This document shows, in pieces, positions 39,980-53,350 of a DNA stretch of 64,000 nucleotides (its first letter is position 1; each line of letters starts with the position of its first letter). The stretch spans positions 19,592,001 through 19,656,000 of the forward strand of contig OX597835.1 in the NCBI GenBank assembly GCA_951406725.2. The letters are read 5' to 3'. A program made the translations under genes and the position numbers. Under the pieces are notes generated by a model. It did no database searches. It saw only the letters and a list, made by a program, of their open reading frames with translations, and was not told the origin of the DNA. The stretch is from Octopus vulgaris. Its lineage: Eukaryota.

Positions 39980-40394
39980 TGTGTGTGTGTGTATGTATAT
40001 GTAAACCAATTTCCTAGTTCGTTAGTAGTAAGTAAGTGAACAGTTAGTTATACTTGAATCGAAAATAATGACGAATGACATATACTTATATATATGAGAA
40101 GGGTAACATTTTCTTTGATATTACACAACAAGCTGATTTCCTGATTTCATTTCGTGTCAAAGAAACTTGTTTTTGCACATAAGGTTACTGGGCTAATCAT
40201 TTCGTAAAATTTATTATTTTGTATAAAATTGTGCCTTTCCGATTTTCCGTCTACTATTTTATTCCCGCTTTTACTTCCTACATTCTCTATCAACACCCTC
40301 TCCTCACACTACCTTGTGGCATACGTATATAAGTAACTATGTATGTATGTATGTATGTGAATGTATATATACATACATACATACATACATATAT

Positions 40395-40448
<54 letters not shown>

Positions 40449-42344
40449 ATATATATGAATATATATACGTATATATATATATAAAGATGGATAGATAGAT
40501 ATATAGATAGATAAATAAATCTGTATATATGTGTGTGTATATATGTACAGAGTTACATACATATCTTTACACAGACACTTACATACACATACACAGATAT
40601 ACATATATATAGAAAGAAGGTGATGATAAGAGAGATATGGATATGTATTTCTATATATGTAAATATATATCATTTTGGGTGTGTGTATCATGTGTGTTGG
40701 TGTAGATGTGTGTGTATGTACCTATATATCTATATCCATTGACTTACATCCATGAGGACGAGTTTGCGTACGTGCGTGTGTGTTTGTGTATATGCGAATA
40801 TATGTGTGTTTGTGTATGTGTGTGTGTATTCATGCATAGAAAAAGAGAATATTTGAGATATACTGATAATATAAATTGAAATCTAAAGCAAGAACGAGAA
40901 GAGAATTCTTGGAGATGTATGATATTAGCAATCGAAGATAGCTGCCACATCTACATATCAGCATAAACGATAACAACCGCCATCACTATTTTGCTACTAT
41001 GATTATCATTAACATTAACCTTATCAACATGTATGATCATACTTTTCTAAGCTGTCATGTTGATGAAGCTAAGAAAAAGGAAGTAAACAGTGTTTCTCTC
41101 CTGAATATTCTTACAATCGTTTCAATAGGAAAACTCTTTAAATGTTAAGTATGTCAATGTAGTGACACGGAAATTCTTTAAATTGATTTCGAAAGAATTT
41201 ATCCGCAATTGGAGTAGATTAACATCGACAGTAAAATAGGTTTTTTGCATGGCATCTTTCCCCAATATGCTGCATTGAACCAACCCAAAACATTCATTTT
41301 CACGTATTCTAATATGTTGTATGATATATATATGTATTATAACATATTCTGTATTTTATAAAATATGATATGCGTTCGTACGTATGTGTGTTTCATAGGT
41401 ATCTGTTTATGTGCGTGGGTGTCTATGTATAGGTATGGCGAACATTGCCAATGATACTGCATAATGCATAACTGCTCCCAAGAATTCCCTTTATATTTAA
41501 ATTTATCCACCTTTTTATCAAGAATTATATGTTTATTTCTCTATAACTTCTGGAGGAATTACCTCAGTTCTATATAATCTTAAGGAAAAAAAAATGGACT
41601 GACATGAAATTTTTGAACCTGTGGAAAGCACGCTAGATGCCAAAATATCGTTCAACCAATTTCATATGACAACTATGGCACTCTTCTGTATATTTTTCTA
41701 TAACTTCTGAAGGAGTTATCTCAGATCTATATAATCTTAACAATGAAGAACTGCCTCCAAAATTTTGTAGGCATTATACAATTTTGAATAGATAACAATG
41801 TATATTAGGTATCAGAACAAAACGGGAGATGTAGTTAACATCCGATCGTAACCTAATAAATTATATAATTTTACATGTGGTTCATAAGCGCATGTGATGT
41901 TTTGTAGTGAGAGCTATAGGGTCGCTTGCATAATAACCGTGAAACAGCAGACCTACATAGGAAAACTGTAATTTTGTCCATTACTAAAAACAAACTGTTT
42001 TATTTAGCAGAACTAAATGAGAATAGCTTGTAGATTTAGTAGGTCATTCTATATGAAGCAATTACGAAAATAATTTTATTATATTTATTTCATCTGTAAG
42101 ATAAAGAAATGAAAATAGGAAATGGTTACAAGTGTAGCCAGTGAGTCTGAGGAGAAAAAGGAATTCTACACCTACACGACGGTTGATCAAAGAAAATTTA
42201 ATGTTAGACATGATAACAAGTTTAGAATCTAGTAACAGATAAAAAAGAAGGCTGGGCAGTTGGTATGTTTCACGTAAACACACAAACACGTACACCTATA
42301 CACATATACGTCATTAATTTGTTTTTATTTAATCACACCTACAC

Positions 42345-42384
<40 letters not shown>

Positions 42385-42653
42385 GTGGAGGCGCAATGGC
42401 CTAGCGGACTCCCGGTCGCAGGATCGCGGTTTCGATTCCCAGAGCGGGCGTTGTGAGTGTTTAATGAGCGAAAACAACTAAAAGCTCCACGAGGCTCCGG
42501 CGGTGGGGGGGGGGGGGTGATCCCTGCTGTAGTCTTTCACCACTCTTTCTTAGCTAGCGGGGTGGCGTCATTCGAAGGCTAAAAGAATGCGAACGCATTG
42601 TGACCAGCGATGTGTAACAACATCTGATGGTTTGGTCGGTCACGTGATCACGT
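42385..42653 (+). mobile_element. SINE family C with tail 2
   Basis: Head gtggaggcgcaatggcc; tail homologous to 33680-33791. Confidence 0.85.
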
Positions 42654-42884
42654 CGTTCATACATACATACATACATACATACCCATATTGGCATCCCGGA
42701 AATAATGCGGTGTTTTCAATTGCATCAAATGAGAGTCGGAATGGAACGGGATAATCTACCGGCATCAACCTGCTAGAAAAGCAGTTATCAATATTATTTG
42801 TCCTTATTCCCAGTGCAAGTTTTGAAGAGTGCAGTTCAATTTTAACAGTTATTTGAAAATTGTGTAACGAACATAAAACGTAAT

Positions 42885-43114
42885 CGTTGTGTGTGTTTAC
42901 TGAGCAAAAACACCTAAAAGATCAAACGAGGTTCCCGCAGGGGTTGGTGGTGATCCCTGTTGTACTCTTTTGACCCAACTTACTCTCTCTCTGTTCCTGT
43001 TTCTTGAGTAACGCTGCGATGGACTGGCGTCCCGTCTAGTTGGCGGAGGGAGCACATACGCCACAGAAACCCGGAAACCGGACCCATGAAACTGGCTAGG
43101 CTTGAAAATGGCGC
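42885..43114 (+). mobile_element. 5'-truncated SINE family C with tail 3
   Basis: Central gagcaaaaacacctaaaag..ggtggtgatccctgttgtactc followed by gagtaacgctgcgatggactggcgtcccgtc..ggaaaccggacccatg. Confidence 0.8.
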
Positions 43115-43344
43115 TAACTATAAAATAAATAAATAGATGTACAGTATATTGTTTTGTACAGTGTTTTTTGGTTATTAATTACGATAAAATCATCAGATTG
43201 AAGACAGCACGGTTGAAAATAGGTTTTTGTGTATATGTTTCAAATATTGCATTATTATTGCCTTTCATTATGTCGGGGACGATTAAGTACCAGCTATGCA
43301 ATGGGTTCGATAAAATCGAATTAATCCCTGCCCCAAAAATTGAT

Positions 43345-44250
43345 TATCATTATTCTTATCATCTGTTTATCACAGGTTTTGTTGGATATCCTGGAGCTTC
43401 AACAGCGGGTCTACCCCCTGCGTTGCGGGCTTACTACCTGAAGCCTACGCTATCATACTATTCGTTACTTTCAGCTATCTAATACTTTCCTGACAATTCT
43501 GGCTGTACCAAGGAGGTAACACTTTTGTAACAATGCTATAGGGCATTCTATGCCAATATCCTTTATATTCCTTTCGATGACTACTGATACTGTTCCCATG
43601 GCCCCAACATTAATTTGCTCTGTCTTCACGTTCTTCATTTTCCATAGCCTGGCTACTTCCTACTAAAGAGTGTTGCATCTATCTATCTATCTTTTCGTCT
43701 TCTTTCTTAACTATTCGTGTGTCAAAGGGGCATGCAGCATCAATTATATAGCATCTGTGGTGCACCTCACCCACCACCGCTAGGTCAGGTGTGTTATGCT
43801 CTAGCACAGGATCCGTTTGGTTAGGGAAACCCCAGAGGATTTTGCCGGTCTCACACTTTACCACATTCTGCAGTCTGAGCTCATACCACGACTTGTCTCA
43901 TTCTAACCCTAACTTTTCGAACAATTTCCAATGTAGCACGTTCGCAACCTGGTCGTGTCACCACAGCTTGTTGTGGTTTTGGGCAGGTCTAGGCCATTCG
44001 TTCGTGATATGGCCAAATATTTCAGCCACTCTAGTGCAGATGCGACACAGCGGAGACACTTGCCCATTCCTAAATTTGATCCTCCACTTCGTGGCTAAGT
44101 CTTGATACTGCGCTGCCAATATAGTGCTTTCGGTCTCTGTTTTTATGGTTCCTTTCATCAGCCAATCTCACCTATTTTTCCCAGCAATGTATGCCGCGAC
44201 TACAGGAAATTCATTGTGTAGTCCCTTCTTGCGTAATTCTCCTTCAAGTC
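43345..44250 (-). mobile_element. 3' end of an R4/Dong-like non-LTR retrotransposon (zinc knuckle plus restriction-like endonuclease), decayed
   Basis: KTETESTILAAQYQDLATK..SPLCRICTRVAEIFGHIT..HDQVANVLHW (CCHC region) and KILWGFPNQTDPVLEHNTPDLAVV..CYIIDAACPFD (PD..D endonuclease). Bordered by (TTA)n-like sequence. Confidence 0.85.
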
Positions 44251-44454
44251 CTTTTGGTGATAATTTTTGTTGTGATTATTATTATTATTATTATTCGATG
44301 TTTGACTTTTGCTTTATATTTATACAAGTTGGCTCCAAGTCTCACCCAGAGACCTCAAGAGACAACAGGTTGGAAGTTCCCGTTGTTGTTATGCCTAGTG
44401 TGCCATATGTTTTTTTTTTGGGGGGGGGGGTGTACTAGTGGATATCTAAAAAAA

Positions 44455-44493
44455 GTATTATTATTATTATTTTTACTATTATTATTATTATTA

Positions 44494-44585
<92 letters not shown>

Positions 44586-44612
44586 GTTCTCGTTGTTGTT
44601 GTTGTTGTTGTA
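44455..44612. repeat. (TTA)n/(TTG)n microsatellite
   Basis: Directly visible. Confidence 0.95.
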
Positions 44613-44639
44613 GTTTTTGCTTTGCGGCGTTTCTTCTAC

Positions 44640-45085
44640 TGCTACATTCTGTGTTCAAGTTCCACTAAGGTCGACTTTCCCTTTCATAGTCTAAGAGTCG
44701 ACAAATTAAGAACCAGTGAAGCACAGGGGGATTTGACTACACCCCTCCCACAAAAATTTCAAGGTCTTATGCCATTAGTAAAATAAATATTATTATAACA
44801 ACTGCTTTTCAGGCCTTTCGCCTATAGAAGACAGGATTATTATCATTGTTATTATTATTATCATCATTATCTCGGCGAGCTGGCAAATTCGTTAGCACAC
44901 CGAGTAAAATGACTAGTGGCAATATCGTAAGTCTTCACGCTCTGAATTCAAATACCGTCAATCTTTACTCTACCTTTCATCCCTTCGGGCGTCTATAAAT
45001 CAAAAATCAGTGGTCTACTGGTGTCGATGTGACCGAATAGTTATCTCTCCCAAATTTCAGACCTTGCGCCTTCAGTAGAAAGCAT
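44640..45085 (+). mobile_element. Two old SINE family A-related copies (44640-44790, 44873-45085) with an alternative tail
   Basis: gtcgactttccctttcat.. core; tail aaatttcagaccttgcgccttcagtagaaagcattatt differs from the young family A tail. Confidence 0.7.
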
Positions 45086-45942
45086 TATTATTATTATATC
45101 GATTTTTTTCCATTCTGTTTTAGGACTATATAAATCATTTTTTTATTTGTTATGTATTGTGAGAGTTTTATAGGTATCATCATTCCTCCTTCTACAAGCC
45201 ACTGAATTCAAAGCTATTTATCACGGATAACCCAGAATTTACTTTGATCTGCAATAAATGTGTCGAATTTCTTCTTATCCAAAGAAACTCAAGGTATGTT
45301 TATAGCATTCACTCCCTACTTTTTTTCTTCATCTCAGCTTCACAATAAAAATAATAAAATTCCTTTTTTGAACATCTATAAAATGAACGGTCTACCCAAA
45401 TTACACAGCGTTGTCACTTAGCACTGCCTACCGAATGAGGTTATTAATTAACAACGTATAAAATGTCTATTTCTCTTAGAACATCTGGTGATTACCCAAT
45501 CATCGATGTTATAATTACAGCACAAAATATTTGTATACAAAAGAGAATCACGCGTAAAAATGACGTTTTAAAAAGGAGACTGAATCTACGCTTTTACATA
45601 TGTATGCATGTGTGTATGTATGCCTGTATGTATGTGTATGTTTATACGTATGTATGTACGTATGTATGTGCATATATACGTATGCAAGTATCATAATAAT
45701 GATGATAATGATGACGTTGAGTTCTTTCGTTTGCCACCAGTCGTGGTATAAGGGAATAATACAACGACAAGCATAAAATGTCGGGGGTTCGCATATACTG
45801 AAATGATAAAGTAAAAAAGGATACACGATATACATTAGAAGGGTAAAAACTAGAAAAAGGGGGTGGGGGCAAAGGATGGTGATGTGGGAACCCCGTCATT
45901 CAGGAGGACCTTTAGGGATAAACAAGGAACTTCAGAATAAAC

Positions 45943-45944
<2 letters not shown>

Positions 45945-45979
<35 letters not shown>

Positions 45980-46003
45980 TAGATAGATAGATAGATAGAT
46001 ATG

Positions 46004-46093
<90 letters not shown>

Positions 46094-46117
46094 CATAGAT
46101 AGATAGATAGATAGATA
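45945..46117. repeat. (TA)n then (GATA)n microsatellite
   Basis: Directly visible. Confidence 0.95.
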
Positions 46118-46845
46118 AATGGATACATTGATAAAACTTACTTGGAAAAGGATGCGTGGCGCTCGATCATATAATAATAAAATATATAAATATATGCATA
46201 TATACATACATATATGTACATACCTACATATATATGTATATACACATGCATGTATGGGTACAGGGCATTAAAAAAACGTTGAACACAATGAGAAACGAAA
46301 ACATAAAAACAAAAACATAGAAACGAAATTTTTTTCGAACAACGAAAGAAATAGAGAAACGAGACATATAACATAAAGAATATTCCCTTTCTTGAGTTGC
46401 CCCTGTTTCATCTACTCCGCTTGTTCGAAGGTAAGGGCAAGACGTGGCTTCATTGAAACAATCCTTCTCGCAAAGCAAATTGCATAGGAGTTGGGATTTT
46501 TGGCGGAGGGTGAAAGTGGTAACAAGAAGAGGACAGTGAGAACAAAACAGTAAAAAAAAAAGTTGAGGGCAGTTAAGCCAAGCCGATAGAAAACTTATTC
46601 TGAACGCTAGGAGGACGAGCTTATGAAGGAGACAGTATAAGTACGTTGTTGTCTATACGAAGGTAGTAGTCCCTCCCAAGTGTAGCTGCCCGAACCGATC
46701 GTGACTTCTGGTATTTGACTGAGGGAAGAAGGCCACGGATGGCCTGTCTCTTTTTGACTATCCTTCTAGTAGTTTATTCTCTTATCCGCCTTTGTATCGT
46801 TTATATGTCCGAATGTTCTATTGTCCTCTATTGCGTCCTTGTTCC

Positions 46846-46908
<63 letters not shown>

Positions 46909-47135
46909 TCTGTGTGTGTGTGTGTGTGTTTGTTTGTTTACTTGTGTGGGCATATGTAGAAGAGGACACATAGTCCAGTAATTATTCTATCGGTCTATTT
47001 TGCCGGACCACGAAGCTACAATGACGTAAACACACGAACAACGGCGATAGCTGAGGACAGACACAAAGACACACACACATAAGTATATATACATACCTAT
47101 ACTTATGCATATATATACCTGTATGTGTGTTTGTA

Positions 47136-47207
<72 letters not shown>

Positions 47208-47660
47208 TACATATAAATATACACATATACACACGTGCACACACATATAATCTGAAATATGGGGCACTAAGCAGCCCACGTATTGCTAGAAATAGGCGTC
47301 AAAACACCTGAATAGCTACAGAATTAGTCTCCCGTATTATTTATGCATATGTACATATATCTTCAGTTGATCATATATACGAACAAAGAAGCAGACTCGA
47401 AGGCATTAGAACAGTAAAGTATTTCTTAAGAAGTTAAATTTTATGCCATTGGAATTTATCTCTCCGACCATTGGTATTGCACCTATAAAGCGCTTGGCAG
47501 TTTGAGGAAATCCTAAGTCTGTAATGGGCGAGTCGCTTAACTTCTCCACAATTGCAGGAAGATTTACTTTACTGGGGTAAAGATAGATATGTGTGTATAC
47601 TAAGCAATTGCAACTCAAACTTTTCAACTTTTCAATCAGTGAGTAGCTAAAACATTGTGC

Positions 47661-47894
47661 AGCGAGCTGGCAGAAACGTTAGCACGCCGGGCGAAATGCT
47701 TAGCGGTATTTCGTCTCCGTTACGTTGTGAGTTCAAATTCCGCCGTGGTCGACTTTGCCTTTCATCCTTTCGGGGTCGATAAATTAAGTACCAGTTACGA
47801 ACTGGGGTCGATGTAATCGACTTAATACCTATGTCTGTCCTTGTTTGTTCCCTCTGTGTTTAGCCCCTTGTGGGTAATAAAGAAATAGGTATTT
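47661..47894 (+). mobile_element. SINE family A, full-length
   Basis: gcgagctggcagaaacgttagcacgccgggcgaaatgcttagcggtatttcgtc..gggtaataaagaaataggtattt. Confidence 0.9.
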
Positions 47895-48569
47895 AAAATA
47901 TATTTTACGTACGGTAGCTGTGGGCTTCGAGAGTAACGTCTGCTAAAGCAGAAATATGCTCGGAGTTCATGTTCATCAACCAAATGAACACACACACTTC
48001 CCACCGTATTTGATATGCAATTCATTTTAATTAATCAAAGTTCCTGTGTTCTTTCCAATGCATATGTTTTACACGAAGTACTTATTTATAAAATAAATGT
48101 TCATGTTAATAATTGTGTAATTTTAATTAATTTTGCCTTGATATATTAAACATGCTACCATACGTTTTTATTCCTACATATTTTACGAGACGTTCTGATC
48201 TTTTTAGCGGTACATAGTGTTAGTTGAATGTATTGCGATTTTGCTAATGTTAATTACATTATATATTTTTTTTTTACAAAACTCTGGTCTAATAGACAAG
48301 ACTTGCACAGTCCCTTGCCTATCTACCAAAATTAATAAGATATCTTGAGATAATATTCATTGCATTTAATTTTATTGAAATTTCGGGAAAAAAAACGTTA
48401 TTCAAGAAATAATCAAATATAACTTACGCCTTACCATATATAATATTGCTTTCAATAAGTTTGTTATTTCTCGAAGAGAAGCAACTCTGAAATTTTCTAA
48501 TAACACTACACCAAGTCTGGGCTTCCAAATCGGTAACGTCATATCAAATGACAAAAATATATGAGTTTA

Positions 48570-48576
48570 TGTACAC

Positions 48577-48614
<38 letters not shown>

Positions 48615-49043
48615 GTGTGTGTGTATGTGTGTGTGTGCGTGTGTGTGTGTATGTGTGTGCGTGTGTGTGTGTTCCCTAGTGTTTGCATGTGTGTACATAC
48701 ACATACACATATAATTACTTACAAGCATTACATGCACGTATATCCACGCAGACACGCATATACGTATACACACACCCATATATATGTACATATATATATG
48801 TATATGTATATATATGTGTGTATATATATATATATATATGTGTGTATATATATATATATACACACATATATATACATATACATATATATATGTACATATA
48901 TATGGGTGTGTGTATACGTATATGCGTGTCTGCGTGGATATACGTGCATGTAATGCTTGTAAGTAATTATATGTGTATGTGTATGTACACACATGCAAAC
49001 ACTAGGGAACACACACACACGCACACACATACACACACACACG

Positions 49044-49121
<78 letters not shown>

Positions 49122-49135
49122 TATATATGTGTACA
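48570..49135. repeat. Essentially perfect palindrome of microsatellite-rich DNA; core arms about 48622-48822 / 48859-49058
   Basis: gttccctagtgtttgcatg..taattacttacaagcattacatgcacgtatatccacgcagacacgc mirrored exactly as gcgtgtctgcgtggatatacgtgcatgtaatgcttgtaagtaatta..catgcaaacactagggaac; identical ORF starts on both strands. Confidence 0.95.
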
Positions 49136-49893
49136 CGAACATACATAATTTAATTATAGTCTACATATATATAATTGCACCAAACTTCATCTAACATTTT
49201 GGAACTCACACTTATTCTCTGTGGAAGTATTTCCAGACATATATTTTGCCAAATTCTCTTCAAAATAATATCATCATATGTAATTTCTTGAAATATACCC
49301 TATCACTTATGGAAACGTTCCAATATTTGAAATTATTCTTTGGCACTCTGTTGTGCATGGGGGTTCGCGATAGGTGATCATTCAAGTCTTTGTTTATATA
49401 TGGTATTTTCTGCCACGGGATAAAGACTAAAATAAAACAAATCTTAAATAACTGGATAAAGACTGGTTAATTTGGGGATAAACGCAACTTTATATCACTG
49501 ATTTGAAATTTGATGGAAGAGATTTCCAATGTCATAACATATACAATTTTCTGCACTTCATTTGATTGAAACAGAATATATGTAATATACTATTCGCGTT
49601 CTCTTGTCTTCGCTTATATTTATATTCATGTATTCTGTATATTTCTTATGAGATTGAACTCATGATCTCATTGGTGGGAAATATGGTTTACTCCTCATTT
49701 CTTTTCTTCCAATACTCCATGGAAAATCATCATGAAAACACGGAAGCTTTATCTGTCCATGCCTATGTACTTATACCCTCGTGTATATGAACAAGCGCTC
49801 ACACACTCATACACACACACACACACACATATAGGCATATGTATATAAATATAATTATGTAGACAAGTAAAGGGGTAAAAGGGAATATATATA

Positions 49894-50146
49894 TCTTCTA
49901 TTATATAAAATCTATTCTGTCTGTCTGTTTGTGCGTCTTCTAGGATCTCGAGCATCCTCCATCCAATTGCGCTCGAATTTGATATGTAGATACCGACAGT
50001 ATCAGTGCGTGTATAAATCTTGACAAAATTACAAAAATCGATACCAAGTGAGGTCAATGGGACGGTCGGACAAGTTGTTTTGAGAAAATTTGGTTTAAAT
50101 ATATTCGACAACACAACACCGTCGATTGGACGGGGTCGTTTTGCTC

Positions 50147-50149
<3 letters not shown>
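49894..50149 (+). mobile_element. Non-autonomous Helitron-like element
   Basis: 5' A|TC start (tcttctattatataaaa then ctgtctgtctgt); subterminal hairpin ccgtc-gattg-gacgg at 50119-50133, then ..ttttgctcatg|t (degenerate CTRR end). Confidence 0.6.
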
Positions 50150-50208
<59 letters not shown>

Positions 50209-51086
50209 TCTTTTACTCTCTTCTTTACGGAAGCATTTGTCTGTGAACCAAGCTCCTTACCACACAGTCACAGTACCTATATATATTTGTAGGTTCGGGT
50301 GTATGCATACAGCTAAAGACCTATGTATGGATAGAATCGATGGATAGTTGTATAGATTTACACTGTGATTCCTATAACTTATGATTCCCATGATTTCAAC
50401 ATTTTTCACCACGGAAGGCTGTAGGCATAGTAACAAGAAAAATAGTAATGACCTTCACGACAAAGACGACTGTGATGATGATGGTAAAATTAATAACGGA
50501 GGCAAATTGTCGTACTTCTGCAGGGAGATGAATGCAGAATATAAAGAACACGTTCTGTAATATAACGGAGAAAGTATTTATTATTGAACAATATCCCAAC
50601 AGTATATGTTTAGTATTCAGAATTAACTAGAATATCATAACCTGAAAAATACAACTAGACTATTCTGCAATCCTTCCTACGCTAGAAAATTATATAATTC
50701 TGTTTCTTTTGTAAAAACATGAAATTAAAATAAAATAGAAAATGTTGGAGAGACTTGTTAGTGGAAAAAAGTTTCTTATAAATCTGGTGGAACTCCCGTC
50801 TCATTTTCTTTTCCCCTCGGGGCAAGACATTAGTAACTTACGAATAAATATATTTGTCTTCATGTGTTTTGTCGACTGGAAATTCACTGGTATCAAGATA
50901 ATTTCTGAGTATATTGACTCTGACGAAAAGAGACATACTGCTGAAAGAGTTTAATAAACAAAAATCAACATCATCGCTGTTTCACTTTTTGTCTAGTTAT
51001 ATTTAATACTTCATGAATTTCTGATTGACAACGTATTCGGAAACATCAGGCTGGTCATCATAGGTATAACTAATATACGTAGATAA

Positions 51087-51456
51087 GTGGAGGCGCAATG
51101 GCCCAGTGGTTAGGGCAGCGGACTCGCGGTTTCGATTCCCAGACCTGGCGTTGTGAGTGTTTATTGAGCGAAAACACCTAAAGCTCCACGAGGCTCCGGC
51201 AGGGGGTGGTGGTGATCCCTGCTGTACTCTTTCACCACAACTTTCTCTCACTCTTACTTCCTGTTTCTGTTGTACCTGTATTTCAAGGGGCCGGCCTTGT
51301 CACACTCTGTGTCACGCTGAATATCCCCGAGAACTACGTTAAGAGTACACGTGTCTGTGGAGTGCTCAGCCACTTACACGTTAATTTCACGAGCAGGCTG
51401 TTCCGTTGATTAGGATCAACCGGAACCCTCGTCGTCGTAACCGACGGAGTGCTTCC
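51087..51456 (+). mobile_element. SINE family C with tail 1 and 12 bp target-site duplication
   Basis: atacgtagataa at 51075-51086 and 51457-51468; near-identical to 36518-36900 apart from a short deletion in the head. Confidence 0.92.
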
Positions 51457-51519
51457 ATACGTAGATAAACAGTGAAAGCAGCACATCAGGCTGCGTGTAT
51501 GCACGTGAATTTATTCTTT

Positions 51520-51790
51520 ATTTTATTTTTTTATTTGTGTCAGTTATTTGATTGCAGTCATGCTGGAGCAATGCCTTCAATGGTTTTAGCCGAAGACATC
51601 GACCTCAAGACTTATTCTTTGTAAACCTTGTACTTATTCTATCGGTCTCTTTTGCCGTAGCACTGCGTTACGGAGACAAATGCTAAGATATGCAAGAACT
51701 AATTGTCAAGTGATAGCGGGTTACAAACGCAGATACACACATAAATATGATAAACATACATATAAGATGCACACACAAACACACACACAC
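51520..51790 (-). mobile_element. Diverged 3' half of SINE family B
   Basis: tcagttatttgattgcagtcatgctggagca..tacttattctatcggtctcttttgccg. Confidence 0.7.
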
Positions 51791-53114
51791 ATATATATAT
51801 ATACCGTTGTTATTATGCAAAAGTGTGGTAAGTCCACAACGTTGCTGTTTGAAAAATCGAAAAAAAACGTTGCGCTACTTTTTGGCAATTTGTGATAGTT
51901 TGGCATCAGAAGCAGCTGGAGATACGATAATTTGACCAAAAGAACCGGCTAGTACAAGGAAAGTTAAATATTGAAAAACGCATTTGGCCAAATTTAGACA
52001 TACGACAGTTTGACATAATAACAACGATATACATAGATATGATTGGTTTCCGTCATTTTCCGTCTACCAAATACACTCACAATTCCATGCAATTCCAAAC
52101 ATATCTTCAGCAATTCCAAGCATATCTTCAGTAATTTCAAGCGAAGTCTTTTCTATAAAGCTACCCTCACACGCACCTTGTTTGGGTTGATACAATAAAT
52201 GTCAATTTATATATTAATTAATAAGTGGCCTCCTCGTACTTGTTATAATGCGTAAATGTAATAAATTCATGACTGATTAGAATGACGTTGCTCTGTGCCA
52301 AATCCTTAATACCTTTCACTTTTGTAACAATAAATTCGTCACTTTCACACCAAGCATACACCGAGTTACCCCCATTCCAGCTTATAAGGGCCTCTTTACT
52401 CTTCGTCACTCATTAGCGAGATATCTATCCTTTCCTAAAGCAACTCAATAATCATTTATTTTATTCTGGAACTCCTTTGCTGATAAGAATTGATAGTGCA
52501 GGCGTTATTAAGAAAAAATATGAGAATAATTATATAAAATTATATAAAAAATATATATGTAAAATATCACTATAAATAATATAAATGTAAAATATCGCTA
52601 TAAATATCTCCTAGCTCTCACAGGTTTTATGTAAGCCAAATAAACATGCACCTGTTGATTATATCCACTATAGATATGCTTAAATTAACTGTTTTGGGGG
52701 TCCCTTGACAAAAGTTGATAAAATAATTTTAAATATAAATTCCATTTCAAAAATGGAAGTAAATTATATATATTTTACGAAGAGCATTTACATTCCTGCA
52801 ATAGAAAATATCGGAGGACTTGCTAAGTGCGATAGTTAAAAGTCAAATTCGTAATATGAAATAGATTAGATAAACCACCACTTCTGGTTCCATAGAACAT
52901 CTCACTTATACATACCTAATGTTTGTTTGAAATTGAGAGATTCGGGGATGTTCAGCCAATGCAGAATAAGGTGTTCTGGTGCGATATATGACATTCCTAA
53001 TATTGGTTTTAAATTTTTACACATGGTCATTTATTTTGGATATGCGGTTAAGTCCAATATATAGATTCCAGCTCTCCCTTCGTACTCATTTTGACGTCCG
53101 ACGAAATGAGAAGC

Positions 53115-53350
53115 AAATTCGACATTTACAGAATTTAAGCTTAGAACGTAAGGACACGCGAAATGAGGCTAGGCCTTTCAACCGTCGTGCTAACGATTCT
53201 ACCAGCTCTCCGGATATGAGATGCCTAATATCGATTTCAAAGCTTGGCACCAAGGCTCCAATTTGGGGTGAGTTTATCAACTCCATCCCAGCCCTCACCC
53301 CAGTGCTTATGTCATCCAACCCCTGTCAAACTCTAGATCAATTTGAACTC
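53115..53350 (-). mobile_element. Old SINE family A-related fragments
   Basis: cagaatttaagcttagaacgtaagg..cgtgctaacgattctaccagctc and tcgatttcaaagcttggcaccaaggc. Confidence 0.55.
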
